Assembly: GCA_013813875.1 (NCBI GenBank)
Contig: JACCQZ010000098.1
Location: 1 to 53,677, forward strand
DNA: 53,677 nucleotides
From: Gemmatimonadales bacterium
Lineage (GTDB): Bacteria > Gemmatimonadota > Gemmatimonadetes > Gemmatimonadales > GWC2-71-9
Direction of reading: 5' to 3'
Shown here piece after piece: positions 34,723 to 43,494 of this stretch. The notes under the pieces were generated by a model, which was not told the origin of the DNA, did not search any database, and saw only the letters and a program-made list of their open reading frames with translations. Position numbers and translations under genes: made by a program. The stretch's first letter is position 1. Each line of letters begins with the position of its first letter.

Positions 34723-34788
34723 GTCACCCTGAGCGGAGCGAAGGGGGCATACCCCGACGCATGGCCGCCTCGCTGCGCTCAGCGTGAC
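34723..34788. repeat. family A palindromic repeat, copy A6 (overlaps the TlpA-like stop codon)
   Basis: GTCACCCTGAGCGGAGCGAAGGGGGC-loop-GGCCGCCTCGCTGCGCTCAGCGTGAC. The right arm encodes the final L-S-R-stop of the upstream gene. Confidence 0.9.
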
Positions 34789-35966
34789 AGTAAGAGCCGC
34801 TCGATCTCCCGCTCAAAATCCCTGAGCAGCCGCTCATGCTGCGCCCCGGTGGCCGGTCCATAGAAGCCGGCATGTACCCGCCGCACCTTGCCGTCGCGGC
34901 CGAGAAAGATGGAAGTGGGGAACGAGGTAAAACCGCGCAGCTGCGGCAGCGTGGCCGCGGCGGCGTCGGTGTCGTTGATGCCCGCCAGCAGAAGAGGAAA
35001 GGGAATGTCGAACTTGGCTCGGTAGCGCCGCACTTGGCGCCGGTCTACGTCCGGGTCGCCGGTCACCTCGTACGCCAGTCCCACGATCTCGAGGCCCTGG
35101 CCATGGTAGCGCCGGTAGAGCCGTACCAATGCGGGCGCGGCATCGTGGCAGGTGGGACACCAGGTGCCGAAGATGTCCACCAGCACGACCTTCCCCCGAA
35201 ACCTGGGGTCCCGCTCGCTCACAATCTTGCCATCGAGGTCGGGAAAGGAAAACCGGAACGGCGCGGCGGTGTCGGCCTGGGTGATCTCGGCCGGCGGCTT
35301 GAGATGCGGGGCTCCGGTGCTCCGCACGGCGATCCACGGCGTCTGGGTCCGGAGGCCAGCGTGAAAGACGCCGCGCAGGGTATCGCCGCGGAGGACGCCG
35401 GTGAGCAGGTAGACGAACGACCCGTCGAAGTGGGCCAGCGCGAAGCTGTCTCCCGCCACCTGGCCGGCGAAGTGCCCATAATCTCCGGTGTTGGAGATCA
35501 CGGTGCCTTCGAGCCCGGCCGGCCCGTTGCGGAACTGGAAGACGCGAGGGCTGGTGCCCCAGTCCTGCAGATAGGTGGCGTCCCACCGGCCCAGCAGCGT
35601 TTCGGGCCCGCGAGCGGCCGGCCAGCGCCCGCGTGAGGCGCGAAGCGGAATGACCCGGGGACCTCGGTTGCCGACGTTCCGGTAGACGCCGGTGAGCGAG
35701 TCTCCCTTGATCACAACGCCGATGGTGGCGGCGTAGTCGGCCATCTCGAGCACCAGACTGTCTCCCCGCTGGCGCACGGCGGAGAGCTGGTCGCACTTGG
35801 CGCCGTTGCAGAGCGCTCCCCGTAATCCGCCGCCGTTCCGCTCCATCCGGAGCCCGAATCGCAACTCACCACCGGCCAGATCCAGCACGGCCTTCCATTC
35901 GCCCGCCGGCGACGGTGGAGAGCTGGCGCCGAGCAGCCCCGCCAGGAGGAGCGGGGTCCACCTCAT
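34779..35966 (-). CDS. TlpA-like thiol-disulfide oxidoreductase with large N-terminal uncharacterised domain
   Basis: The ATG at 35966 overlaps the DUF1684 stop (ATGA). Signal peptide, about 230 aa of two similar beta-rich segments, then a thioredoxin fold with FGTWCPTC. Confidence 0.8.
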   Translation of the reverse strand: MRWTPLLLAGLLGASSPPSPAGEWKAVLDLAGGELRFGLRMERNGGGLRGALCNGAKCDQLSAVRQRGDSLVLEMADYAATIGVVIKGDSLTGVYRNVGNRGPRVIPLRASRGRWPAARGPETLLGRWDATYLQDWGTSPRVFQFRNGPAGLEGTVISNTGDYGHFAGQVAGDSFALAHFDGSFVYLLTGVLRGDTLRGVFHAGLRTQTPWIAVRSTGAPHLKPPAEITQADTAAPFRFSFPDLDGKIVSERDPRFRGKVVLVDIFGTWCPTCHDAAPALVRLYRRYHGQGLEIVGLAYEVTGDPDVDRRQVRRYRAKFDIPFPLLLAGINDTDAAAATLPQLRGFTSFPTSIFLGRDGKVRRVHAGFYGPATGAQHERLLRDFEREIERLLLSR

Positions 35967-36820
35967 CTGGCCTCCAACCCTGCCGGTGCCGCGAGCCCGC
36001 CGCCGGCGTATCGCTCGCCCGCTCGGAGCGGAGCCGCGATGGTGTTGCCTCGCCACGGAGCGGGGCACGGATAGGCTGAGCTGTAGGCACAGAATGGATT
36101 CCGCGCGCGGTTGAAGTCCAGCAGATACATCCCGGCGCCCTGCGGTAGGAGTGACACGAAACGTCCGGCGGGATAGGTACCGTCTCCGTTGGTGGCATCG
36201 CGGAAAAAAATCTCCAGCTCCGACTCCTCGCCCCCGGCCGTAGGAATCCGTCTCACGGTGAGCCGAACCGATGTACCCCCGATGGGGACGGCGACGCTCC
36301 CCGCTTCGGCGGCCTCGACTTCAACTCCGTCCACTGCCAGAACTCGGACGGTGCCGCTGCGTGCCGGCGGCGCCAGAGGGCCGACGAACACCGCTCTGGG
36401 ATCGCGCGGGTAATGCTCCGGCGGTTTGCCGCCCGGTGAAGCGCCGAAGACGGTGAGCACGCTCCTTCCCGTGGGCCCGCCCACCGACAGGGTGTATCGG
36501 CCGAAGGTGACCGGGCGGCCGCGGGGCAGAAGGCGCCTCCCACCCGGTCCCTCGAGGCTGACGGCCCCCGCCTGTTCTCGCACCCGGTGCTCGTCAACAC
36601 CCTCCAGAGGCACGTCGGAATCGGCCGGCCCCAGGCGCATGCCGGGACCGATGGGCTGCTGCGCGATGGCCGCGAGCGGTGAGTTGGGTGCGCCAGTGAG
36701 CCAGGCGACGTACTCGGTGCGCTCGTGGGCAGCGGCGGCCCCGGCCTGCTGGCCCACGAGGGGACTTCCGCCGTAAACGACGGCCGCGAGCGCGATGCAC
36801 CAGCCGCGAGCCGATCTCAC
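35963..36820 (-). CDS. DUF1684 domain-containing protein
   Basis: The C-terminal FFRDATNGDGTYPAGRF....DFNRARNPFCAYSSAYPCPAPWRGN......AGERY signature matches the DUF1684 pattern from memory. N-terminal signal peptide. Confidence 0.75.
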   Translation of the reverse strand: MRSARGWCIALAAVVYGGSPLVGQQAGAAAAHERTEYVAWLTGAPNSPLAAIAQQPIGPGMRLGPADSDVPLEGVDEHRVREQAGAVSLEGPGGRRLLPRGRPVTFGRYTLSVGGPTGRSVLTVFGASPGGKPPEHYPRDPRAVFVGPLAPPARSGTVRVLAVDGVEVEAAEAGSVAVPIGGTSVRLTVRRIPTAGGEESELEIFFRDATNGDGTYPAGRFVSLLPQGAGMYLLDFNRARNPFCAYSSAYPCPAPWRGNTIAAPLRAGERYAGGGLAAPAGLEAR

Positions 36821-37611
36821 GACTTCTGCAGCTCTCCGGCGAGAAGCAGGGGCAAGGTCGGCTGGGCTGACCCGCTCTCGGGCTCCATGGTGACTGCCGC
36901 CGCGCTGACTGAGCCGTCGGCCGGCACCGCCACCTGCTCCACCTTCACATGCCCGTCGGGCTCGGGCCTGAAGGTAATCGAAGGAACCGGCTTGCCATTG
37001 CGAATGAACCAGAGCTGGTAGGCTCGACCCGGGGGCACCGGCTCCAATCGAAAGCCGTGAACGATCGCTTGATTGTGCTGGCGATCCCAGAAAAGCTGGA
37101 TCCGCGGCCCGGGGTCGCCTCTGCCGGTGAGCTGGAACATCTGCACGCCCGGCCCGAAGATCCGGTTGAGAGTCGCTTCCCGTGAGGCCAGGTCGCGCTC
37201 GCGCTGCGCCAGGGTGCTTCGCTGCTGGCTCACTATCGCTTCGAGCTGCCCCACCTCCCGCCGAAGCGACAGCAGTCCCGCGCCGAGCCCGACCGCGGCC
37301 AGAAGGCTCGCCGCCATTGCAATCCAGAGCGCGGCCGCGGGCCGACGGCTCGACCCGGCCGCAACCGGCAGTGGCCGCCCCTGGTCCTTTCTCACCCGCT
37401 CGAGCACTCGGGCACGGAGGCCCGAGTGAGGTCCCTCACCTCCACCCAAGGCCAGCAGCGCGGACACGTCGCGGAACTCCGCCACTTCGCGCTGGGCCTC
37501 GGGAGAGGTCGCCAGGAAGCTCTCGAATCGCCGCGACTCTTCGGGCGGCAGCATCCCGAGAGCGTACGCCGGCGCGAGATCCTGAGGCGAATCCTGCTCG
37601 GGCCGGCTCAT
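36817..37611 (-). CDS. anti-sigma factor (RskA-like, single TM)
   Basis: The ATG at 37611 overlaps the sigma-factor stop (ATGA). N-terminal LAPAYALGMLPPEE..FE..L....AQREV, a central TM helix, and a C-terminal periplasmic domain with YQLWFI...GKPVPS typical of anti-sigma-K. Confidence 0.8.
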   Translation of the reverse strand: MSRPEQDSPQDLAPAYALGMLPPEESRRFESFLATSPEAQREVAEFRDVSALLALGGGEGPHSGLRARVLERVRKDQGRPLPVAAGSSRRPAAALWIAMAASLLAAVGLGAGLLSLRREVGQLEAIVSQQRSTLAQRERDLASREATLNRIFGPGVQMFQLTGRGDPGPRIQLFWDRQHNQAIVHGFRLEPVPPGRAYQLWFIRNGKPVPSITFRPEPDGHVKVEQVAVPADGSVSAAAVTMEPESGSAQPTLPLLLAGELQKS

Positions 37612-38255
37612 CTGCCCCGCTCGAAGTAGAAGGGTCGCAGACACTCGCGCAGTTTCTGCATGCCGAGCCGCACGCGGGTTTTGACCGTTCCGAGCGGCTC
37701 CTTGAGCCGCTCGGCGATCTCCGACTGAGAGAGCCCTTCGAAGTAAGCCAGCTCGATCGCCTGGCGCTGCGGTGGGGAGAGCTTCTGCAGCGCCAGCTCC
37801 ACCTGCTGGCGGCGCTCGCTCTGGTCCAGGGAGAGAGCGGGATCGGAGCGCCATCCGCCCATTGCCGGAGAGCCATCCGACCGGTCGGCGGCGGCCGATG
37901 CCGTAATACGCTCGCGCCGCGCCCGAGAGCGCACCAGATCGAGGGCCCGGCTGCGGGCGATCATGGTCAGCCAGCCGGCCACCGAGCCGCGCGCCACCTC
38001 GAAGCGCGGGGCGTCGCGCCACGCCTGGGCGAAGGCCTCGATTACCACCTCCTCGGCGTCCGCCCGCTGCCCGACGATCCGGTAGGCGATGGCATACAAC
38101 ACCTCACCATAACGGTCGTAGAGCGCGGCGATGGCGCGTTCGTCCCCGCCGGCTGCGTTCGCGATGAGATCGCGATCGGCCGCCCGCGGCTCGGAGGACG
38201 CAGGATCAGGCAGTGACATCGGTCGGGGAAGCTCCTGGGTAGCGGAAAACGCCAC
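37608..38255 (-). CDS. ECF (group 4) RNA polymerase sigma factor
   Basis: Region 2 (LYDRYGEVLYAIAYRIVG...AEEVVIEAFAQAW) and region 4 (LSPPQRQAIELAYFEGLSQSEIAERL..PLGTVKTR). An alternative start lies at the internal ATG 36 nt downstream. Confidence 0.9.
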   Translation of the reverse strand: MAFSATQELPRPMSLPDPASSEPRAADRDLIANAAGGDERAIAALYDRYGEVLYAIAYRIVGQRADAEEVVIEAFAQAWRDAPRFEVARGSVAGWLTMIARSRALDLVRSRARRERITASAAADRSDGSPAMGGWRSDPALSLDQSERRQQVELALQKLSPPQRQAIELAYFEGLSQSEIAERLKEPLGTVKTRVRLGMQKLRECLRPFYFERGR

Positions 38256-38292
38256 TCAGTCTACACGCCATTGCGGAGCGTTCACAAGCGAA

Positions 38293-38400
38293 GGGGGCTT
38301 TGGGGTCGGAGGTCGCAGGTCGAAGGTCTTGGGTCCTGCAGCACCGAGCCTCCGCTCCCGCGGCCCAAGACCTTCGACCTCCGACCCAAAGCGCTCCCCC
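38293..38400. repeat. family B palindromic repeat, copy B2
   Basis: GGGGGCTTTGGGGTCGGAGGTCG(CAGGTCG)AAGGTCTTGGGTC-core CTGCAGCACCGAGCCTCCGCTCCCGCG-GCCCAAGACCTTCGACCTCCGACCCAAAGCGCTCCCCC. Ends exactly at the thiO stop. Confidence 0.9.
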
Positions 38401-39507
38401 TCACCACTCCCAAAACCTCCCCGGCGAAAACGGCCGGAGATCCTCCGCGGTGGGTTCGCCGTCCATGAGCTGCCTGATGAGCAGGCCGGTCAGGCCGGCC
38501 AGGAGAATGCCGTTGCGGCCGTGGCCGGTGGCGTACCAGAGACCTTGCAGCCGTGGCTCCGGGCCGATGATCGGGAGGCCGTCTGGGGTGACCGGCCGCA
38601 AGCCGGCCCACCGGCGCCGCGGCTGGCTCCCGGCCAGCACCGGGGCCAGGGCGGACACGGCGGCCAGGATGTGCCTCAGTCCCTCAGCCGTGACCTCGGG
38701 TCGGAAGCCGACGAACTCCATCGTGGAGCCGACTATGGCCTCGTCACCCCGGGCCACGATGTAGCAGTCCTTGCCGTAGACGATGGCCCGCGGAACGCCC
38801 TGGGGCCAGGGGAATGCCAGCATCTGGCCTCGGACCGGTTCCACCGAGACGGGCCGGGGCAGACCGTTGATCTGCCGGGCCCAGGCGCCAGCCGCCAGCA
38901 CGACGTTGCCACACGGGTAGCGTCCCCCCGTCGCCACAACCGCTGTTGCCCGATACCCCACCCGCTCGATGGTGGTGACCGTATCCTCCACCAGCACCGC
39001 GCCGACGCGCCGGGCATCGTCCAGCAGTGCCCGCACCAGCTTCTCCGGCTCTATGGCGCCGTCGTGGGCCGCCCACAGTGCTCCCGCGGTATCACCCAGC
39101 CAGGGCCAGCGGGCCCGGACTTCGCCGGCATCCAGCCAATCGGAGAGATGCCCCTGCTGCCGCTGCCACTCCACCCGCGCCTTCAACTCGTACCCTTCCG
39201 CGTCGCTCGCCGCGACCGCCGCGATCCCCTCCTGCCACAGCCCGATGTCTATTCCGGTCGTCTCCGCCAGCGCGGCGGCGAGAGGGGCGTAATGCTCCCG
39301 CGCGGCGAGGCCCAGCTCGAGCAGCGGATCGTCCCGGCGAGACTCGATCTGTGGCGCCAGCATGCCGGCAGCAGCCCGCCACCCCTGTCCGATGTCTCCT
39401 CCCCGCTCGAGCACCAGCACCCGTCTCCCTTCGAGCGCCAACTCTCGGGCACAGGCGGCTCCTACCGGGCCGCCACCGACGACGACAACATCGTAAGATG
39501 CAGTCAC
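38401..39507 (-). CDS. thiO: FAD-dependent glycine oxidase-like oxidoreductase
   Basis: DVVVVGGGPVGAACARELA dinucleotide fold and the C-terminal ATGHGRNGILLAGLTG motif typical of ThiO/DAO-family enzymes. Substrate not verifiable. Confidence 0.65.
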   Translation of the reverse strand: MTASYDVVVVGGGPVGAACARELALEGRRVLVLERGGDIGQGWRAAAGMLAPQIESRRDDPLLELGLAAREHYAPLAAALAETTGIDIGLWQEGIAAVAASDAEGYELKARVEWQRQQGHLSDWLDAGEVRARWPWLGDTAGALWAAHDGAIEPEKLVRALLDDARRVGAVLVEDTVTTIERVGYRATAVVATGGRYPCGNVVLAAGAWARQINGLPRPVSVEPVRGQMLAFPWPQGVPRAIVYGKDCYIVARGDEAIVGSTMEFVGFRPEVTAEGLRHILAAVSALAPVLAGSQPRRRWAGLRPVTPDGLPIIGPEPRLQGLWYATGHGRNGILLAGLTGLLIRQLMDGEPTAEDLRPFSPGRFWEW

Positions 39508-39579
39508 TTATATTTCCTATGAAACTTGTTGAAACGTCGGGGCGTACGGCGCCTCGACCTGCTGCCAGGAGGAAATTAC

Positions 39580-39792
39580 ATGTTTCGGAAGTTGCTCGGC
39601 TTCGCGGTGTTGGCGGTGGTTGCCATGATGGTGCTGAAGGTGCTCTTCAGCCTCTTCGGTCTCGTGGTAGGCCTGCTCGCCACTCTCCTGTGGTTCGCGT
39701 TCGTCGGTTTCCTGATCTATCTGGTTTTGCGAGTCGTCGCGCCGGAGACAGCGGGGAGGGTGAGGAGGGCTTGGGTCTGTCGAGGGTTTTAG
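39580..39792 (+). CDS. small two-TM membrane protein (70 aa), uncharacterised
   Basis: The ATG at 39580 is preceded by AGGAGG (39567-39572, 7 nt spacer). Sequence MFRKLLGFAVLAVVAMMVLKVLFSLFGLVVGLLATLLWFAFVGFLIYLVL.... The stop TAG lies in the first module of repeat B3. Confidence 0.6.
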   Translation: MFRKLLGFAVLAVVAMMVLKVLFSLFGLVVGLLATLLWFAFVGFLIYLVLRVVAPETAGRVRRAWVCRGF

Positions 39793-39912
39793 GTGGAAGG
39801 TTGGAAGTCGAAGGTCTTAGGTCAAAGGTCGAAGGCCTTGGGTCGGAGGTCTTGGGTCTGCGGCCGCGTCGGCTCGGTGCTGCAGGACCTTCGACTTAAG
39901 ACCTAAGACTCC
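39790..39912. repeat. family B palindromic repeat, copy B3 (inverted core, expanded arm modules)
   Basis: GTCGAAGGTCTTAGGTC / AAAGGTCGAAGGCCTTGGGTC / GGAGGTCTTGGGTC modules. The core GGCTCGGTGCTGCAGGACC is the reverse complement of the B1/B2 core. Overlaps both convergent stop codons. Confidence 0.85.
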
Positions 39913-40856
39913 ATACCCCCCAACACCCCCCAAACCAACAGCGGAATCATCAGCTCGTGGTGGCCGGTGAGGAGGTAGCCGGTGCCGCCGGCGCGGGTGG
40001 GGCGCTGGACCACGTTGACGGCCGGGCGGTAGTGGCGCTGCATGTCGAAGTCGGCGGCCAGGAAGTGGGTTGGGCGGCCCGCGTTGAGGTTGCGGGCCAC
40101 CGTCAGCGCCTTGAGAAACACCTCGGGGAGCAGTACTGCGCTTCCCCAGTTGAGCACTGCCCCTCCCTGATCCAGCGCTGGAAGTGACCCGGCCAGGCGG
40201 CGGAAGTCGAGGTGGCTGGTGGAGCCGATCGCGCCGCCGTCGGCCGAGGGGTGTTGGTGGATGATCTCGGCTCCGATGGCCGCGTGAACCGTGAGCGGCA
40301 CCTGGTGTCGCCGCGCCGCCAGCAGCACCGACGCGTCTCCACCGGGAAGCTGTCCGCGAGCCGCCAGCGCCGCGGCCAATCCCTCTCCCATCCCCCTCCC
40401 GTTCGCTGCCGCCGCGCCGATGGCAGCGTTCATCTCAGCCCCGGTCTCCTCAGCCATTCCGAAGCTGCCGTCGGCCAGCCCGCTCTCGACATCCTCGCTG
40501 GTGCCTCCGAACGCGGCGAGCTCGTAGTCGTGAATCGCCGCCGCCCCATTGAGGGCGAGGTGGGTCACCACGCCGCGCTCGATCCAGGCGTTGATCAGCG
40601 GCCCGAGCCCCACCTTGATCACGTGGCCCCCGATCAGGAGCACGACGCCGCGCCCCGTGGCCGACGCGCTGGCTACGCCGGCGATCACCGCGCGGAGGTC
40701 GCGCGCGGCAAGCACATCGGGAAGGCTGGCGAGGAAGGCGGTGAAGGACCGGTCGCTCTGGGGCAGGGCGGCGAGAAGCGCCCCGTCTACCTTGTTGCGC
40801 CGGCCCGCGACCGGCACCGTCTTGAGCAGGCTGAAATCGGCTTCCTGGTAGGCCAC
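39903..40856 (-). CDS. deoxyhypusine synthase-like family protein
   Basis: LLIGGHVIKVGLGPLINAWIERGVVTHLALNGAAAIHDYE and the C-terminal ...HHELMIPLLVWGV resemble the DHS fold layout (from memory). ATG 40985 would overlap DUF3108 by 127 nt, so GTG 40856, 2 nt after the upstream stop, is preferred. Start is uncertain. Confidence 0.5.
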   Translation of the reverse strand: MAYQEADFSLLKTVPVAGRRNKVDGALLAALPQSDRSFTAFLASLPDVLAARDLRAVIAGVASASATGRGVVLLIGGHVIKVGLGPLINAWIERGVVTHLALNGAAAIHDYELAAFGGTSEDVESGLADGSFGMAEETGAEMNAAIGAAAANGRGMGEGLAAALAARGQLPGGDASVLLAARRHQVPLTVHAAIGAEIIHQHPSADGGAIGSTSHLDFRRLAGSLPALDQGGAVLNWGSAVLLPEVFLKALTVARNLNAGRPTHFLAADFDMQRHYRPAVNVVQRPTRAGGTGYLLTGHHELMIPLLVWGVLGGMES

Positions 40857-40858
40857 CC

Positions 40859-41620
40859 TCAGCGGGCCGACGTCGAGGTCGCCACCGGAGGAAGCACCAT
40901 GTTCTTGAGGCGGAGGGTAACGGTGCCGAAAGGGAACTTGGTGCGGATCTGGACCGGAAGACGCCGCCCGTCGTCGGTCAACCATATTCGAGTGTCGGAG
41001 CGCTTGGAGAACAGCCCTTTGGTGTCAATGATCGGGTGCAGCACCAGGCAGGACACCTCCCGGCCGTCGGGCAGTTCCATCTTTTCGCGTTTGACGACCT
41101 CGATGGTGACCGGGTTCTTGTCCTTCCTGAAGTATCGGTCGTACACGTACTTCTTCCCGACTTGAAGCGGCGTCACCCGCACGAAGTAGAAGAAGGCCGC
41201 GTCGTCCAGCGGCTCCTTGGGCGTGGCGAAGGTGGTGTCCCGGCCCTGCTCGCGGTAGAAACCGGAATCGGGATAGATCTCGAACTGGCGGTGCTTCGGC
41301 TTGTCGTTTTCCCTGAAGTCCTGCACGAACCTTCGCGAGCTGAAGTCCCGGGTGCCGACCCATGACTCCAACACGTCGTCGAGCGAGTAGAAGACGCTCT
41401 TGCCCTGGAGCCGGAATCGGAAGCGGAAGGTTTCCGCACCGCGCACCGAATCCATGCCCGCCACCTCCAGCGTGGCCGAGCCGAGCGTCAGCATGCCGAG
41501 CTTGGCGGAGTAGCTGAGGGTTTCGCCGACCGCAAAGGGAAGCGGCGGTGGTATGCTCACGCGGGAAGCCGGCACGGTGGCTGCCTGGAACAGCATCAGC
41601 AGCAGGACGACGGCCGTCAC
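40859..41620 (-). CDS. DUF3108 domain-containing protein
   Basis: Signal peptide, then GETLSYSAKLGMLTLGSATLEV ... and the C-terminal IWLTDDGRRLPVQIRTKFPFGTVTLRL, typical of DUF3108. The start overlaps the GT2 stop (ATGA). Confidence 0.8.
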   Translation of the reverse strand: MTAVVLLLMLFQAATVPASRVSIPPPLPFAVGETLSYSAKLGMLTLGSATLEVAGMDSVRGAETFRFRFRLQGKSVFYSLDDVLESWVGTRDFSSRRFVQDFRENDKPKHRQFEIYPDSGFYREQGRDTTFATPKEPLDDAAFFYFVRVTPLQVGKKYVYDRYFRKDKNPVTIEVVKREKMELPDGREVSCLVLHPIIDTKGLFSKRSDTRIWLTDDGRRLPVQIRTKFPFGTVTLRLKNMVLPPVATSTSAR

Positions 41621-42411
41621 GAGACCGCCTCGGCCGGCCGCTCGGTCTCGCGCCGGGGGGCCGGCTCAGCGGCCGAGGGGGCGATCGGCGCGTTGCGTAG
41701 TTTGGCGCGGGCGCGCCAGAGTTCCATCGCGGTCTCCAGCGGCCGCACCCGGGTGGGGCGCTGCCGCAGGTCGTGCCGCTCGATTGAGGGAATCGCCTCC
41801 ACCCGGCGGGCGTAGCGCCCGGCCCGCCAGTACAGCTCGGCGTTGGCGGCCCAGCCGTCGGTCACCAGGAGGGAACCCTCCTGAACCCGCATCGCGTTCC
41901 GCAGCGCGACCAATCGGATGATGGCCAGACCCGACACCAGATCCGTCACTCCCGGCACCGCGACCACACCCCGCAGGAGCTGCGGCGCGAGCCGGCGGAG
42001 CAACCGGTACGCTTGCGACGGCTCACCCTGGAGCTTGCCCTGGGCCACGACGATGTCGGCCCCGCTCTCGATCCGCCGCACCAGGTCCGGAATGATCTGC
42101 GGGTTGTGCTTGAAGTCGGCGTGGATCAGGATGGCCGCGTCCCGCTTGGGCCGGTCGGTCAGCTCCACCGCCTTGGCCAGCAGGGCTTCGACCGAGGCGG
42201 CATATCCCCGGCGCTGCTCATGGCGTATCACCGTCAGCGGAAGCACCCGGGCGTACGGCGCGAGCACCTCCGCGGTGGCGTCGGTGGAGCCGTCGTCCAG
42301 TACCAGCAACTGATACTCGCGCGGAAAGCCGGCGAAGATCTGGCGGATTTTCCAGAGCAGGAGGCCTACGGTGGGGCCTTCGTTGTAACTCGGTATGCAG
42401 ACGTAAATCAT
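41617..42411 (-). CDS. family 2 glycosyltransferase (polyprenyl-phosphate sugar synthase-like)
   Basis: MIYVCIPSYNEGPTVG...LLVLDDGSTDAT...IHADFKHNP: a GT-A fold with the DDGS and DxD-type region. Confidence 0.85.
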   Translation of the reverse strand: MIYVCIPSYNEGPTVGLLLWKIRQIFAGFPREYQLLVLDDGSTDATAEVLAPYARVLPLTVIRHEQRRGYAASVEALLAKAVELTDRPKRDAAILIHADFKHNPQIIPDLVRRIESGADIVVAQGKLQGEPSQAYRLLRRLAPQLLRGVVAVPGVTDLVSGLAIIRLVALRNAMRVQEGSLLVTDGWAANAELYWRAGRYARRVEAIPSIERHDLRQRPTRVRPLETAMELWRARAKLRNAPIAPSAAEPAPRRETERPAEAVS

Positions 42412-42417
42412 GAGCCG

Positions 42418-43494
42418 TCAAGGTAGCTGGGCGCAGGAACGATACACCGATACGACCGCCGCTGCCATTCGAGCATCGCTGAAATCATCCACCACGATCC
42501 GGGCCCGGAGCACCAGCGAGTCCCGAAGCGTGGGGTCCGTCACGATGCGGGAGACCGCCTCGGCCAGTGCCCCGGGGTCCTGGGTGGGCACCAGCAGTCC
42601 GGCCCCGTCAGCCAGCATCTCGGGCAGCCCGCCCGCGGAGGTGGAAGCAACTGGTATGCCACGCGCCATCGCGTCGAGCACCGAGGTGCCCAACCCTTCC
42701 TCCCGGGAGCTCATGACGAAGAGGTCGGCGTCGGCGATGAGAGCCAACGGATCCGGCACCTGTCCCAGAAAGTGAACCCGCCGGCGCAGGGAGAGCTCAT
42801 CGAGGAGACGCTCAAGGCCGGGCCGGCATTCACCCTGACCGGCGACGACCCAGTGCAGGCTGGGGTACCGGTTCTCCAGCAGCTTGGCGGCCCGGAGAAG
42901 GGTATCGTGATCCTTGTGCGGAACCAGCGCGGCCACGTTGACCGCGACGGTCGCGGTCGGGGCGAGACCGAGCCGCGCCCTGATGCCGAGCGGCCGAGCG
43001 GCACGGGCCGCCTCGAGCGAGACGCCGTCGTGAACCAGCACCACCCGATCCGGGGCGATGCCGTCCTCTACTAGAATAGCGGCCACCGCCCTGGAGATGG
43101 CGATCACCCGGTCGGCCCGGCCCCAGAACCCGCGCCGGCGCAGATGAAAGTCCACCCGCCGGGTCACGATGAGCGGGCTGCGCCGGAGCGTGGAGCAGAT
43201 ACCGGCGAGCGTCAGCGCATGCGCGTCGTGCGCGTGGAGGAGGGAGGGGCCACGGCGCATCTCGGAGAGGATGGCGCCGCAGGCCCGAAGATCGAGGCCG
43301 GCCCGCCAGGGCACCTCCCGAACCCGCACGCGGTCGGCCCGCAGCCGCAGAGCCAGCTCGGTGCCGGCGCCGGTCACCACCACCTGTCTGATATCGTTCA
43401 GCCGTTGGAGCTCTCGGGCAAGCAACCACACCTGCCGTTGCCCGCCGCGCCATTCCCGGCCCGAGGCAACATGCACCACGCGGGTGCCGCTCAC
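42418..43494 (-). CDS. family 4 (GT-B) glycosyltransferase
   Basis: N-terminal GGQRQV..LARELQ and C-terminal SSREEGLGTSVLDAMARGIPVASTSAGGLPE (E-x7-E region). The GTG start overlaps the kinase stop (GTGA). Confidence 0.85.
   Translation of the reverse strand: MSGTRVVHVASGREWRGGQRQVWLLARELQRLNDIRQVVVTGAGTELALRLRADRVRVREVPWRAGLDLRACGAILSEMRRGPSLLHAHDAHALTLAGICSTLRRSPLIVTRRVDFHLRRRGFWGRADRVIAISRAVAAILVEDGIAPDRVVLVHDGVSLEAARAARPLGIRARLGLAPTATVAVNVAALVPHKDHDTLLRAAKLLENRYPSLHWVVAGQGECRPGLERLLDELSLRRRVHFLGQVPDPLALIADADLFVMSSREEGLGTSVLDAMARGIPVASTSAGGLPEMLADGAGLLVPTQDPGALAEAVSRIVTDPTLRDSLVLRARIVVDDFSDARMAAAVVSVYRSCAQLP

Noticed and set aside
39790-39912. Repeated 15-20-nt modules (GTCGAAGGTCTTAGGTC...) that superficially resemble a mini CRISPR array.
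   Set aside because: There are no unique spacers of regular length, and no cas genes lie in the window. The modules are directly adjacent and degenerate and form the arms of a palindrome, so it is a family B repeat.
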